This document shows positions 18,919-27,905 of a DNA stretch of 37,366 nucleotides, in pieces (within the stretch, counting starts at the first letter, position 1; every line of letters starts with the position of its first letter). The position numbers were made by a program, and so were the translations under genes. Source of the DNA: a virus (lineage: Duplodnaviria; Caudoviricetes); the IMG/VR virus record IMGVR_UViG_3300020431_000017, positions 1 through 37,366 of that record; one strand, given 5' to 3'. Under the pieces are notes generated by a model. It saw nothing but the letters and a program-made list of their open reading frames with translations. It was not told where the DNA came from and made no database searches.

Positions 18919-21222
18919 TTAACAACCAGCATAAAGTATTTCATTCCATTCACTTTCAGAACTAGAAGATGCAGAAAAATATCCACCAGATGATTTTTGA
19001 TATCCAGATTTACCTTTTTCAGATTTAGTTGGAACTGGAATCGGAATAAATTCCATCATATTCCCCTCATAACTTGCATAATTTCTCAACACTCCTAAAG
19101 CACCGTTGTAGTCTGCTTTGTTTAGTGCTGCTAAGAATCCTGGAACATTATCCTCAAGAGCCTTAGTTGTATCTGCATCAAGAATAAACTCTGGTCCTCC
19201 AAGGTTAGCAAATAAACCTTTACCAATCTTACCACCTTTATCCTTCACCTCAATATGCATGTGTGATGGGTGTCCATGTCTTCCAGGGCCATTCTTTCCT
19301 GTTTGATCTGCTATTCCCCAACTATCATGAATGAGAAGTTTATTTCCCATATTACCATCACTATAAACTGAATCTAAAACACTACGATATCTTGCCTTAG
19401 AGTCCTCAAGTGAACCTCTCCAATCAGTAACATCAATTGCTCTGCCATCATAATGACCAGCACCTTTATGAACATTAGATACGGATCCCTCTCCTGGAGT
19501 ATATGCTCCACCAGATGGTGTTGCAGTTTTAGTAAAGTCTGGATGTTCTGCAACAGAGAATCCTTTAGATACAAGATCCTTTCCTATATTAACAATGTCA
19601 CCACTCTTTTTGACATCAAAATTACCTTCTCTCCTTCCCCCACCCAATCCAGATCCAGAATATCCAGATCCAGATTCATTAGATTCTGGTTTTAAATCAT
19701 ACTGATCTAAGTTTGGTGAAGATTGATTCGGATCTTCAGGGAAGAAAGATTTGATTAACAATGGAACCATTGATAATGGATTATAAAGTTGTAATATATT
19801 TGGGAACTTATCTATTTGACCATCCTTTCCTTCAGCATATCCAACATCTTTAAAGAAGTCATACATACCTGTCAGTTTTGCAAAATTAGTTGCAGCTCCC
19901 CTTACCCCAAGACCATCAAACAAAGGTATCGGATGTTTCTTTAAAAATTCTGGGAAGAATCTACCAAAACCATCACCTAGGAACTTACCTACTGCAGCTC
20001 CTGCCTTAAAGATTCCAGATAATGCTTGCTTTAATAATTCAAATGCCTTCTTAGGATCCTGTTTAACAATAGTATAATAAAGAAGATCTCCAACAAAGGC
20101 ACCAATTATCTCTCCAAGTAAAGTACCAATTATAGGAATGGGTATAAAGGTTCCAAGTGCTCCTCCAAGTGCAGCACCACCTGCTTTGAATAATGCTTGA
20201 CCAACAGGTTCTCCAGATAACAATGATACAATTGCTACAATAATAGGACCAAGAATTGGTACTCTACTTAAGAACTTTTTAGCTGCTGGTAAACCAATTT
20301 TAATGGCAGGTGATATAACTTTTGCTGCAGGACCAAATAGTTTTATAGCAAACTTACCAACTTTTGTTGCTGCTAATTTTCCACCAGCAGAAGATAATCC
20401 CTTTCCTATAGCACCAGATGCAGTAGATAATCCCTTTCCTATAGCACCAGTTGCTCCTTTTCCCAAGAGTTTTAAACTTATTCTTTTTATAGCTCTTGTT
20501 AAACCACGTCTAAAAAGAGATCTAAATGTTCCAACTAATCCAAATAATCCTTGTCTTAAAAATCCAAACTTAAGAAGAGCAAGTCCACCAATGATGGCAG
20601 CATTAAAAAATGTATTTAAATTTTTGGATAATGTATCAAACTTTTCTAACCCCTCTTCACCAAATGTATCACCAACCCATCCTCTAAAATTATCATAGAG
20701 TTTATAACTCCAGTCAATAAATGTAACTAGTCCATCAAATATTTTTCCGCCAACATCAAGCACAAAGTTTGCCATGGACATAAGTCCTTCTATGGCACCT
20801 TGAACTTTTTCACTGTCAAACCACTCAACAAGTTTAACTAATCCAAACCCCAAGGCAACATTCAAAATAAAATCTTTTATTCTATCAAAGAATGAAGGAA
20901 CTGGTATTTTTAATTTTAATTTTGTATCTTTAGTATCTTTCTTTTTTTCTAATTTTTCTTCTGTTTTAGATCTTTTACTTGCTTCGTCTGCTCTTTTTTC
21001 TTTAGCAATATTTTTCTTTTTTGTATCAATAGATTTCTTTAAAAATTTATCTATACTAATAGTTTCTTTTTTTATTTCAATAATAGTATTTGATTCTAAA
21101 TTTTCACCAGATTTTGTTTTTAGATTTGGTTTTAATTTTTCAATATTTATTGTCGATCTCTTTATAGCAAGAGAAGAAGAACCCTTAGATGAAGGTAATA
21201 GTTTTTTAGAGTCTATAGACAT
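18919..21222 (-). CDS. Tape-measure/gp29-like hub protein with C-terminal putative M15-like Zn peptidase domain
   Basis: Lys-rich coiled N-terminus, hydrophobic Gly/Ala helices, 11-aa repeat, then H..GRAID...HMHIE motif. Confidence 0.6.
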   Translation of the reverse strand: MSIDSKKLLPSSKGSSSLAIKRSTINIEKLKPNLKTKSGENLESNTIIEIKKETISIDKFLKKSIDTKKKNIAKEKRADEASKRSKTEEKLEKKKDTKDTKLKLKIPVPSFFDRIKDFILNVALGFGLVKLVEWFDSEKVQGAIEGLMSMANFVLDVGGKIFDGLVTFIDWSYKLYDNFRGWVGDTFGEEGLEKFDTLSKNLNTFFNAAIIGGLALLKFGFLRQGLFGLVGTFRSLFRRGLTRAIKRISLKLLGKGATGAIGKGLSTASGAIGKGLSSAGGKLAATKVGKFAIKLFGPAAKVISPAIKIGLPAAKKFLSRVPILGPIIVAIVSLLSGEPVGQALFKAGGAALGGALGTFIPIPIIGTLLGEIIGAFVGDLLYYTIVKQDPKKAFELLKQALSGIFKAGAAVGKFLGDGFGRFFPEFLKKHPIPLFDGLGVRGAATNFAKLTGMYDFFKDVGYAEGKDGQIDKFPNILQLYNPLSMVPLLIKSFFPEDPNQSSPNLDQYDLKPESNESGSGYSGSGLGGGRREGNFDVKKSGDIVNIGKDLVSKGFSVAEHPDFTKTATPSGGAYTPGEGSVSNVHKGAGHYDGRAIDVTDWRGSLEDSKARYRSVLDSVYSDGNMGNKLLIHDSWGIADQTGKNGPGRHGHPSHMHIEVKDKGGKIGKGLFANLGGPEFILDADTTKALEDNVPGFLAALNKADYNGALGVLRNYASYEGNMMEFIPIPVPTKSEKGKSGYQKSSGGYFSASSSSESEWNEILYAGC
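20392..20450. repeat. Exact 26-bp direct repeat, period 33 bp
   Basis: agataatccctttcctatagcaccag at 20392-20417 and 20425-20450, encoding GAIGKGLS twice. Confidence 0.9.
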
Positions 21223-21225
21223 CTA

Positions 21226-23319
21226 TTACACTACCCCCAAAGTTTTTATTTTGTTTATTGAATTCATAGCATCTGCAGCAAATTCTGGTATGTCATTACT
21301 AGCTGCGACACCAGATTCAGAAGATTCCATAAAGTCACCATTAATTATATCTCTAAGGTTTGAGATAGTAGCAGTTGCAGACTTCAATGTAGGAGGTGAA
21401 ATTTTTGGTTTCTGAGTTGCAGATGTAATACTCCCTGCACCACTAGAACTACTACTAGAAGCAATACTAGAACTACCACTCGATTCAGTTGTGTCAGCAA
21501 GAGTCACAGAAGGTCCACCAGTCCCAATAAACTTTGTGTAGTAGGATGGAAGTGGTGCTGGTGGAGGATCATTTTTTCCTATTTGCTCTTTATAATGATA
21601 AAAATTACCTCGACTTGAAAACTTTACATCACCAGGTCCCATATTTCCATACTGACTTGTTCCTTTAAAGTCAGTTCTACCTTTTAATTTTTTCATTGCT
21701 TCTACAATTCTTGCTTGCCCATCAGAAGATCCAAGTTTTTCTGCTAACTCTGGATCATCTTTCGCAAGGCCTTTGTAAACAGCCTCAAACTGACCTGCCT
21801 GAGATCCAACTGCTTTAATTGTATTTGGCCATGCAGGATCAGCAACTCTATTCAGAACTGCAGCAGCAACTCCATATTCATCATTAGTATCTCTCTGCGC
21901 TTCTGCACTAACAATAAATGCCAAGTCTCTAAAATCTTGCCCGCTAAGACCTTTGATGCTTCCACCACTACTTCCTTTTGAAGTTTTTTCATTCATACTG
22001 GTTTTATTACCAGTTCCAGCCCATCCTAAAAAGTCCCACCATGCTTGTCCCTCATTAGAAGGTTCTGGTTTTACATTATTTCTACCACCAGGTTCTTTGT
22101 TTGTAGGAACTTCCCCACCAGATGATGCATATAAAGTGCCATTAGAAATCATTGGGCGATTACTTCCCCCACCCATAGTATTCATACTTGCTAAAGTTCC
22201 TGTGCCAAATTTTTGAACAGCACCTCTACTCATCACAAACTCGCCTGGTGAGAGCATTGCAGGAACAGTATCTTTATTAGGACCACTTCCTGGAACAGAA
22301 CCACCTTTATTCATTTGAACAGGTTCTTTAAGATTCTTAGTCTCTTCTAATTTTTTATCTGCTTCTTTTAATTCTTCCGGAAGCATACTATCAACATTGA
22401 TATCATCACCTGCTGCTTTTAAATCCTTTTCTGCTTTTTTAGCATCATCCTCAGTTTGACTTCCAAACCCTAAAAGTTGTTTTGTTGCATCAATTAATTT
22501 TGGAATAAAGAATATAGCTAATCCAGTTATACCAGCAATCAATCCTATAGGTCCAAGTAGTGCTCCACCAAATAATATTAATGCTCCAAGTAAGGAAGGC
22601 CACCAATCCTTGATGAATCTAAAAACTGAACTAATCTTTTCTTTATTTTCGTCGTCAGTAAACCAATCAAAAATTTTAATCGCAGTTGCACCTAAAAATA
22701 CTGTACTTAAATAATTTAAAATTTTATCAAACATGCCCTTGACAGGTGCAAGGACTTTAGATATTGATTTTTTAATTCCTCTGAATACGTTTGATTCTAA
22801 TTTATTTTCTTTCTTAGATCTTTTTTCTTTTTCAGAATCTTTTTGTTCTTTTTTATTACTCTTATCTTCTAATTTTTTTTGATTCCCAAGAGATTCTCTA
22901 ATTGATATTATATTTTTTAGTATATCTTTCAGAATTTCTTGATTATTTTCACTTTCACCAATCTCTTCAGACTTAGTAGGTTTAATAAAATTTGCTAGAG
23001 AAGGTTTAGGTGATTTTACAATTGCACCACTACCTGGAAGTGACTTTTGAGATTTGGATTTTTCAATATCATCTTTAGATTTCTTTTTCTCTAAGACTTT
23101 ATCTACAAAATTTTGAAACCCAATCTTATCATTTCTCTTTTTAAATGCTTCCTTTCTATCTGATGGAGATAATTGTTCACCATCAACAGTTCCTGATGAT
23201 GTTATTTCTTGAAGGTAAGTTTGATATCTATCTTCGCCAAAAAACTTTGCAGGGGAAATGGATCCACCCTTACTAGGACCTTCTTCTCTTATTGATTTAA
23301 GGAGGTCATCCAGATCCAT
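21226..23319 (-). CDS. Tape-measure/gp29-like hub protein with SleB/CwlJ-type (Hydrolase_2) cell-wall hydrolase domain
   Basis: LAFIVSAEAQ..GVAAAVLNRV..WPNTIKAV..Q.GQFE is the Hydrolase_2 motif; also GG.VPGSG..DTVPAMLSPGEFV motif common in tape-measure proteins. Confidence 0.7.
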   Translation of the reverse strand: MDLDDLLKSIREEGPSKGGSISPAKFFGEDRYQTYLQEITSSGTVDGEQLSPSDRKEAFKKRNDKIGFQNFVDKVLEKKKSKDDIEKSKSQKSLPGSGAIVKSPKPSLANFIKPTKSEEIGESENNQEILKDILKNIISIRESLGNQKKLEDKSNKKEQKDSEKEKRSKKENKLESNVFRGIKKSISKVLAPVKGMFDKILNYLSTVFLGATAIKIFDWFTDDENKEKISSVFRFIKDWWPSLLGALILFGGALLGPIGLIAGITGLAIFFIPKLIDATKQLLGFGSQTEDDAKKAEKDLKAAGDDINVDSMLPEELKEADKKLEETKNLKEPVQMNKGGSVPGSGPNKDTVPAMLSPGEFVMSRGAVQKFGTGTLASMNTMGGGSNRPMISNGTLYASSGGEVPTNKEPGGRNNVKPEPSNEGQAWWDFLGWAGTGNKTSMNEKTSKGSSGGSIKGLSGQDFRDLAFIVSAEAQRDTNDEYGVAAAVLNRVADPAWPNTIKAVGSQAGQFEAVYKGLAKDDPELAEKLGSSDGQARIVEAMKKLKGRTDFKGTSQYGNMGPGDVKFSSRGNFYHYKEQIGKNDPPPAPLPSYYTKFIGTGGPSVTLADTTESSGSSSIASSSSSSGAGSITSATQKPKISPPTLKSATATISNLRDIINGDFMESSESGVAASNDIPEFAADAMNSINKIKTLGVV

Positions 23320-23488
23320 TTGATTGCTGCTGCTTTAATTTTTCTTCCTCAAGATGCTGTTGCAGTAATGCAACATAGATGTCTCGTTCCCAAGGCATCA
23401 TATTTTCAATCTCTGTCAATGAGTATTTATGGTACTGCATCAGGGCAAAATTGAGACGAAAGTAATTCTCAAGATCCATATGGATCAT
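23306..23488 (-). CDS. gp51: Baseplate hub assembly catalyst gp51
   Basis: YFRLNFALMQYHKYSLTEIENMMPWERDIYV motif; follows gp26. Confidence 0.9.
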   Translation of the reverse strand: MIHMDLENYFRLNFALMQYHKYSLTEIENMMPWERDIYVALLQQHLEEEKLKQQQSNGSG

Positions 23489-23490
23489 GC

Positions 23491-24210
23491 CTATGCGAAA
23501 AAAGATGCTAGACCCTCAAGTACAACTTCATTTTCAACCCCAGTGTTTGGATTTGTTACCTTTAATGTATGAGAAAGTTTTGGCATTGTTTCAAAAAACT
23601 TTTCAATATCTTTAAACTGGAAAGAGTTCATAGACTCAAGAAATTCTTTTACTTCTTTCTTTGAACAATCTGCTGTGGCCCATACTTCATCCTCAGTAAA
23701 AATTTTATCAATACAAGATGCAATTAAATCAAACGACTGATCCATTGCATTCTTATCACCAAAATCAAAATTATTTTTAATGAACTGATCCAATGAAGGA
23801 TACTTCAATTCCATCATTAAATTATCATCAAGTTTAATTTGATTACTATGCTCATCATTTTTTTGAACCTTGATGTCATCAAGATCAATTTTAATTGCTA
23901 CCTGAGTCTCTTCATCATCTGGACAAATAATATTTACATCCAACTCTTCGCCAACAGATTTTCCACGAATATTTAAAAACAAATATTCAATGTCAAATGT
24001 AGGAAGATTTTCTACTTTAATACCTCTAGTTAAAACACAATTTGAAATGACTGATTTAATTGCGTTACTAATTTGTTTTGTATCCTCACTTTCTAATGCA
24101 ATGACAAGTACCTTCTCTTCTTTTACAAGAAAAGGTCTATACTTAATTGTTTTACCTGTAGATGGCAATTCAAGATCATAAGTGGGCGTAGCAATTTTTG
24201 GTAAAGGCAT
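23491..24210 (-). CDS. gp26: Baseplate hub subunit gp26
   Basis: MPLPKIATPTYDLELPS..YRPFLVKEEK..FDIEYLFLNIRGKSVGE..LEGLASFF. Confidence 0.92.
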   Translation of the reverse strand: MPLPKIATPTYDLELPSTGKTIKYRPFLVKEEKVLVIALESEDTKQISNAIKSVISNCVLTRGIKVENLPTFDIEYLFLNIRGKSVGEELDVNIICPDDEETQVAIKIDLDDIKVQKNDEHSNQIKLDDNLMMELKYPSLDQFIKNNFDFGDKNAMDQSFDLIASCIDKIFTEDEVWATADCSKKEVKEFLESMNSFQFKDIEKFFETMPKLSHTLKVTNPNTGVENEVVLEGLASFFA

Positions 24211-24250
24211 AATGTCCTATAAAATATTTCAGTAACAATATTTATTTAAG

Positions 24251-25006
24251 TTAGAATAAACTATTAATAGAATTTTCAAAGTCTCGTCTAAGATTATTAA
24301 CTGCATTTCCTGCAGCATTAGCAACTAACTGAGGAATACCTCCGATGGTAGTGAGAAAGTCATTTGCTTGCGCTGCTGCTGCAGGTGTCAATGATCTTGG
24401 ATCAGTACCAGATCCAGGCGTAGTAACATATCTAATGTAAGTCATAGATACAGTACATTTTAAAAGAGATGAAGAATCATATGAAACTGGCATAGAAGAG
24501 ATACTCAAAGGATAACTTTTTACAAATTCATATTGCAGAGAACTACTGTAGTCCCTTTCAAATTTAATTACTTTTAATCCAGTAGATGTATATTCATTAG
24601 AGTATCTCATTCTATAAAAATATGTTGGGTCGAGAGGATTTTTTCCACCTTCTTTAATTTCATTATCTTCATCTGTAATGAAACGAATCCATGCTTCAAA
24701 AAATCTAATAGGCAAATAGTTTTGAGCATCAACATAGAATGTCAGATCAATTCTATCATCAAACATTCTTCTGTATGCATGCTTCTCACTTACACCAGTA
24801 AAATCGTTTTTGATATCTAAAGTTGCTAGTTGAGATCCTGGAAGTGTAGCTTCTGAGCACATCAAGTTTAATTTATCCTGATTTGCTCCAATAATTCTTT
24901 GAACAAATTCTGCATTAGGAAGTCCTATCTCAACTTCAAAGTGAGAAGATAGTGCAGGACTAAGTAGATTTGATTTAATGTCTGAGATTGACCTTTTCTT
25001 AGGCAT
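24251..25006 (-). CDS. Tail-tube-fold protein (gp54/gp19-like, baseplate-tail tube initiator)
   Basis: LMCSEATLPG..LTFYVD..FFEAW..YPLSISSMPVSY..CTVSMTY; located between gp26 and gp4. Confidence 0.7.
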   Translation of the reverse strand: MPKKRSISDIKSNLLSPALSSHFEVEIGLPNAEFVQRIIGANQDKLNLMCSEATLPGSQLATLDIKNDFTGVSEKHAYRRMFDDRIDLTFYVDAQNYLPIRFFEAWIRFITDEDNEIKEGGKNPLDPTYFYRMRYSNEYTSTGLKVIKFERDYSSSLQYEFVKSYPLSISSMPVSYDSSSLLKCTVSMTYIRYVTTPGSGTDPRSLTPAAAAQANDFLTTIGGIPQLVANAAGNAVNNLRRDFENSINSLF

Positions 25007-25007
25007 T

Positions 25008-25015
25008 TATAAATA
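25008..25015 (+). promoter_or_regulatory. T4 late promoter TATAAATA
   Basis: Exact consensus 24 nt upstream of gp4 start. Confidence 0.8.
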
Positions 25016-25038
25016 ATTTTTAACCTTATATATTATGT

Positions 25039-25482
25039 ATGAGAGAAAGTATTAAAAGTAAATACAAACCGTCATTTCCAAAGAAATATAAAGGTGATTG
25101 TAATAATATCATATGTAGAAGTAGTTGGGAAAGAAAGTTCTGTAGATATTGTGATCTAAATGAAAACATTATTGAATGGGGTAGTGAAGAATTTTATATC
25201 CCATATATTTCACCACTTGACAATAGAGTCCATAAGTACTTTCCAGATTTCATAATGAAAGTCAAAGAAAGTTATGGCACAATTAAGACATATGTAATTG
25301 AAGTTAAACCAAAAAAACAAACAACGCCACCAAAAAGATCAAAGAGACAAACTAAATCTTACATTTATGAATGCAAAACATATGCAGTCAATCAAGCAAA
25401 GTGGAAAGCAGCAGTTGAGTTTTGTGAAGACAGAAGAATCCAATTTAAAATTATAACCGAAGACGAACTAGGAATCAAATGA
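25039..25482 (+). CDS. gp4: Head completion nuclease gp4 (TnsA-like)
   Basis: KYKGD..IICRSSWERKFC.YCD.N..IIEWGSEE..YFPDF..IEVKP..NQAKW.AA..F.IITE. Confidence 0.93.
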   Translation: MRESIKSKYKPSFPKKYKGDCNNIICRSSWERKFCRYCDLNENIIEWGSEEFYIPYISPLDNRVHKYFPDFIMKVKESYGTIKTYVIEVKPKKQTTPPKRSKRQTKSYIYECKTYAVNQAKWKAAVEFCEDRRIQFKIITEDELGIK

Positions 25483-25832
25483 ACCGTATCGAACAACTCA
25501 TTCCAGATCTGAATAACAAAACTAATGATCGGGAAGATATGATGCTTGAAATTATGCAAGTATTAAATGATACTGTCACACCAATACCAGAGGTAGGAAA
25601 GTTTTATACGTTTGTTTATAATGCAAAGACACCTCGTATAAAATATGATCAACATCCATTGATTGCTTGCACAGAAGTATTTCGTTGGGGATTTCGTGGA
25701 GAAAATTTTCACCTTAGAAAATATAGAAATTACACTTGGGAAGAAGTAGCAGGTCAACTTTATATTGTTGATTATGAAGAACTAGGAGACTTACTTTCTA
25801 TACCTTACAAACTTATGAAAGATACATACTAA
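25479..25832 (+). CDS. gp2: DNA end protector gp2-like (short form)
   Basis: GKFYTFVYNAKT..YDQHPLI..GFRGENFH motif; follows gp4. Confidence 0.7.
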   Translation: MNRIEQLIPDLNNKTNDREDMMLEIMQVLNDTVTPIPEVGKFYTFVYNAKTPRIKYDQHPLIACTEVFRWGFRGENFHLRKYRNYTWEEVAGQLYIVDYEELGDLLSIPYKLMKDTY

Positions 25833-25835
25833 ATA
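25828..25835 (+). promoter_or_regulatory. Late promoter motif (ACTAAATA)
   Basis: Overlaps the gp2 stop, 17 nt upstream of gp48. Confidence 0.5.
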
Positions 25836-25851
25836 GATAAAAAAGGCATAG

Positions 25852-27114
25852 ATGACTGTCGTCACAAGTAAGCCAAGTCCTGTGGTTATAGGGCAGGGTA
25901 GAAATAAAGAAACCATTTATACTGCAACAAGAACTACAAAGTTGGCAGATGGAACTTATAGTGTTGATATGTTGCAATATAGTGATGCAAAAGGAGCAGG
26001 TGGAAAAGTAATTGCTACTAGAGATAGTGTAAATGAATGGACCTTTAATGATAATGCTAGCGGAAAAGTAAAGCAAAATGAAAGCAGATTGAATAATGCC
26101 TCAAAAAATCAAATGGAGTCCATGAGAGGACAGTTTGTTAAAAAATCACAGGATGCAAAAGAATATAATAAAGCACAAGGTCAACCAAATAAAGCAAACA
26201 CTCCACCAGAGACAGGGGATAATTCAAACCCAAGTTTAGAACAAACCAAAAAATCAAAACCTGCAAGAAATAAATTTGGTAAAAATATAGTATATCCTCT
26301 AGGTCTAGGAAACTCTAAACAAGATATTATCATGTTTAGTATGTTAAAATACGAACCAAAAAATATTACGTCATCTAGTGGACAATTTGGTTTTGGAGAT
26401 AGAGATTCTAACAGAACACCAATAGGAAGTGTTGTTCTTCCAATTCCATCAAATATTCAAGACACAAATTCTGTTCAATGGGGATCTAGTACTATGAATC
26501 CCTTAGAAATTGCGGCAGGAATAGCCGCCTTAAAAGCAATATCAGGAGACATGGAAGGAGTAAAAGGCACAGTTAAAAATACTCTCGGTGCTGTACAAGG
26601 AAACAAAGGAGAGATAAAAACTGCAATAGCAGGATTGATGGCCGGTGCTGCTATTGGAAAGGGATCAGACTTGTTATCAAGAACTGTGGGTGCAGTTATC
26701 AATCCAAATATGGAACTCCTGTTTAAAGGTCCTCAATTAAGACCATTTACATTTTCATTTAAACTTTCACCAAGAAGTAAAAAAGAAGCAGAGAATGTGA
26801 TTCGTATCATTCGTTTTTTCAAACAAGGTATGAGTCCAATTAAATCGAATTCCAATCTATTTCTAAAATCACCACATACATTTAAAATTCAATATAAACT
26901 GAGAGGAGCAGATGGAGAAGATCATCCATATATTGGAAAAATAAAAGAGTGTGGTTTACAATCATGCAATGTTCAGTACACGCCAGAAGGTTCTTATGCA
27001 ACATATTATGATGGAACTATGGCGTCATATCAGATGTCATTAACATTCTCTGAACTCGAACCAGTATTTAATAATGATTATGAAGATGATAACGATCAAT
27101 CATTAGGTTTCTAA
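25852..27114 (+). CDS. gp48: Baseplate tail tube cap gp48
   Basis: LPIPSNIQD.NSV.W..NPNMELLFKGPQLRPFTFSFKLSPRSKKEA..IIRFFK..C.L..V.YTP.G..L.F.ELEP. Confidence 0.9.
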   Translation: MTVVTSKPSPVVIGQGRNKETIYTATRTTKLADGTYSVDMLQYSDAKGAGGKVIATRDSVNEWTFNDNASGKVKQNESRLNNASKNQMESMRGQFVKKSQDAKEYNKAQGQPNKANTPPETGDNSNPSLEQTKKSKPARNKFGKNIVYPLGLGNSKQDIIMFSMLKYEPKNITSSSGQFGFGDRDSNRTPIGSVVLPIPSNIQDTNSVQWGSSTMNPLEIAAGIAALKAISGDMEGVKGTVKNTLGAVQGNKGEIKTAIAGLMAGAAIGKGSDLLSRTVGAVINPNMELLFKGPQLRPFTFSFKLSPRSKKEAENVIRIIRFFKQGMSPIKSNSNLFLKSPHTFKIQYKLRGADGEDHPYIGKIKECGLQSCNVQYTPEGSYATYYDGTMASYQMSLTFSELEPVFNNDYEDDNDQSLGF

Positions 27115-27115
27115 A

Positions 27116-27787
27116 ATGTCAAACTATTTTAATCAGGTTCCAAATTTTGAATATGTTAGCAGACTTCCTAATGCAAAAATTGGTGATTACTTTGTAGTAA
27201 AAAACTTTTTTAAAAGAGGAAAACTTCGCGAAGACATCATACAAAATGTTTCAGTATTTGAAAAATATAAAATTCAAGGTGATGATAGACCCGACAATGT
27301 TGCGTTTGATTTTTATGGGGATTCTAAATTAGATTGGGTTGTTTTATTATCAAACAATATACTTAACATTCAAACAGAATGGCCACTTGTTCAGAACAAC
27401 TTTGATAGTTTTTTGTTGAACAAATATGGAGACTATGATACTTTATATAATGGTATTCATCATTATGAATCACTAGAAATTAAAAATTCTGCGGGAGTTA
27501 TCATGTTTCCTGGAGGATTGCATATACAATCTCCATATAATTTTACATACTTTGACCTAGGTTTAGAAAATGGAATCACTTTAACTGCTGACATAGCAAC
27601 TCCAGTCACAAATTATGAGTATGAAGAAAAAATAGAAGACACTAAACGAAATATATTTTTACTCAAACCAAAATACTTAAATATTGTAAAAGATGATCTT
27701 GAAGAATTGATGGCATATAAAAAAGGTTCCACTCAATATAAGAGTGAAACCTTAAAGACTGCTGATAATATTAGATTATATCAATAA
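27116..27787 (+). CDS. gp53: Baseplate wedge subunit gp53
   Basis: YF..VPNFEY..Y.I.GDDRPDNVA..YGDS.LDWVVLLSNNI..EWP..IHHYE..VTNYEYE..KRNI.LLKP.Y. Confidence 0.92.
   Translation: MSNYFNQVPNFEYVSRLPNAKIGDYFVVKNFFKRGKLREDIIQNVSVFEKYKIQGDDRPDNVAFDFYGDSKLDWVVLLSNNILNIQTEWPLVQNNFDSFLLNKYGDYDTLYNGIHHYESLEIKNSAGVIMFPGGLHIQSPYNFTYFDLGLENGITLTADIATPVTNYEYEEKIEDTKRNIFLLKPKYLNIVKDDLEELMAYKKGSTQYKSETLKTADNIRLYQ
27719..27753 (-). terminator. Intrinsic terminator for the gp32 transcript, embedded antisense in the gp53 3' end
   Basis: Minus strand AAGGTTTCACTC-TTATATT-GAGTGGAACCTT-TTTT: 12-bp stem with one G-U pair, then a U-tract. Confidence 0.75.
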
Positions 27788-27788
27788 G

Positions 27789-27905
27789 TTATTGAAAGTA
27801 TTTGTCCATCCTAAGTTTGATGTAATACATCCCCAACAACCAGATGGAGAAGAGAAATCCTTCTCCATAACTCATGGTGTTCCATGCATGAACTGCACTA
27901 TCCAT
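27789..27905 (-). CDS. Small putative membrane protein (38 aa)
   Basis: Not in ORF track: MDSAVHAWNTMSYGEGFLFSIWLLGMYYIKLRMDKYFQ*; TAATG overlap with gp32 stop, GAGGAG just upstream. Confidence 0.7.
   Translation of the reverse strand: MDSAVHAWNTMSYGEGFLFSIWLLGMYYIKLRMDKYFQ

Noticed and set aside
25039-25482. TnsA-like endonuclease suggesting a Tn7-like element
   Set aside because: Motifs and synteny (gp2, gp48, gp53) identify it as head completion gp4
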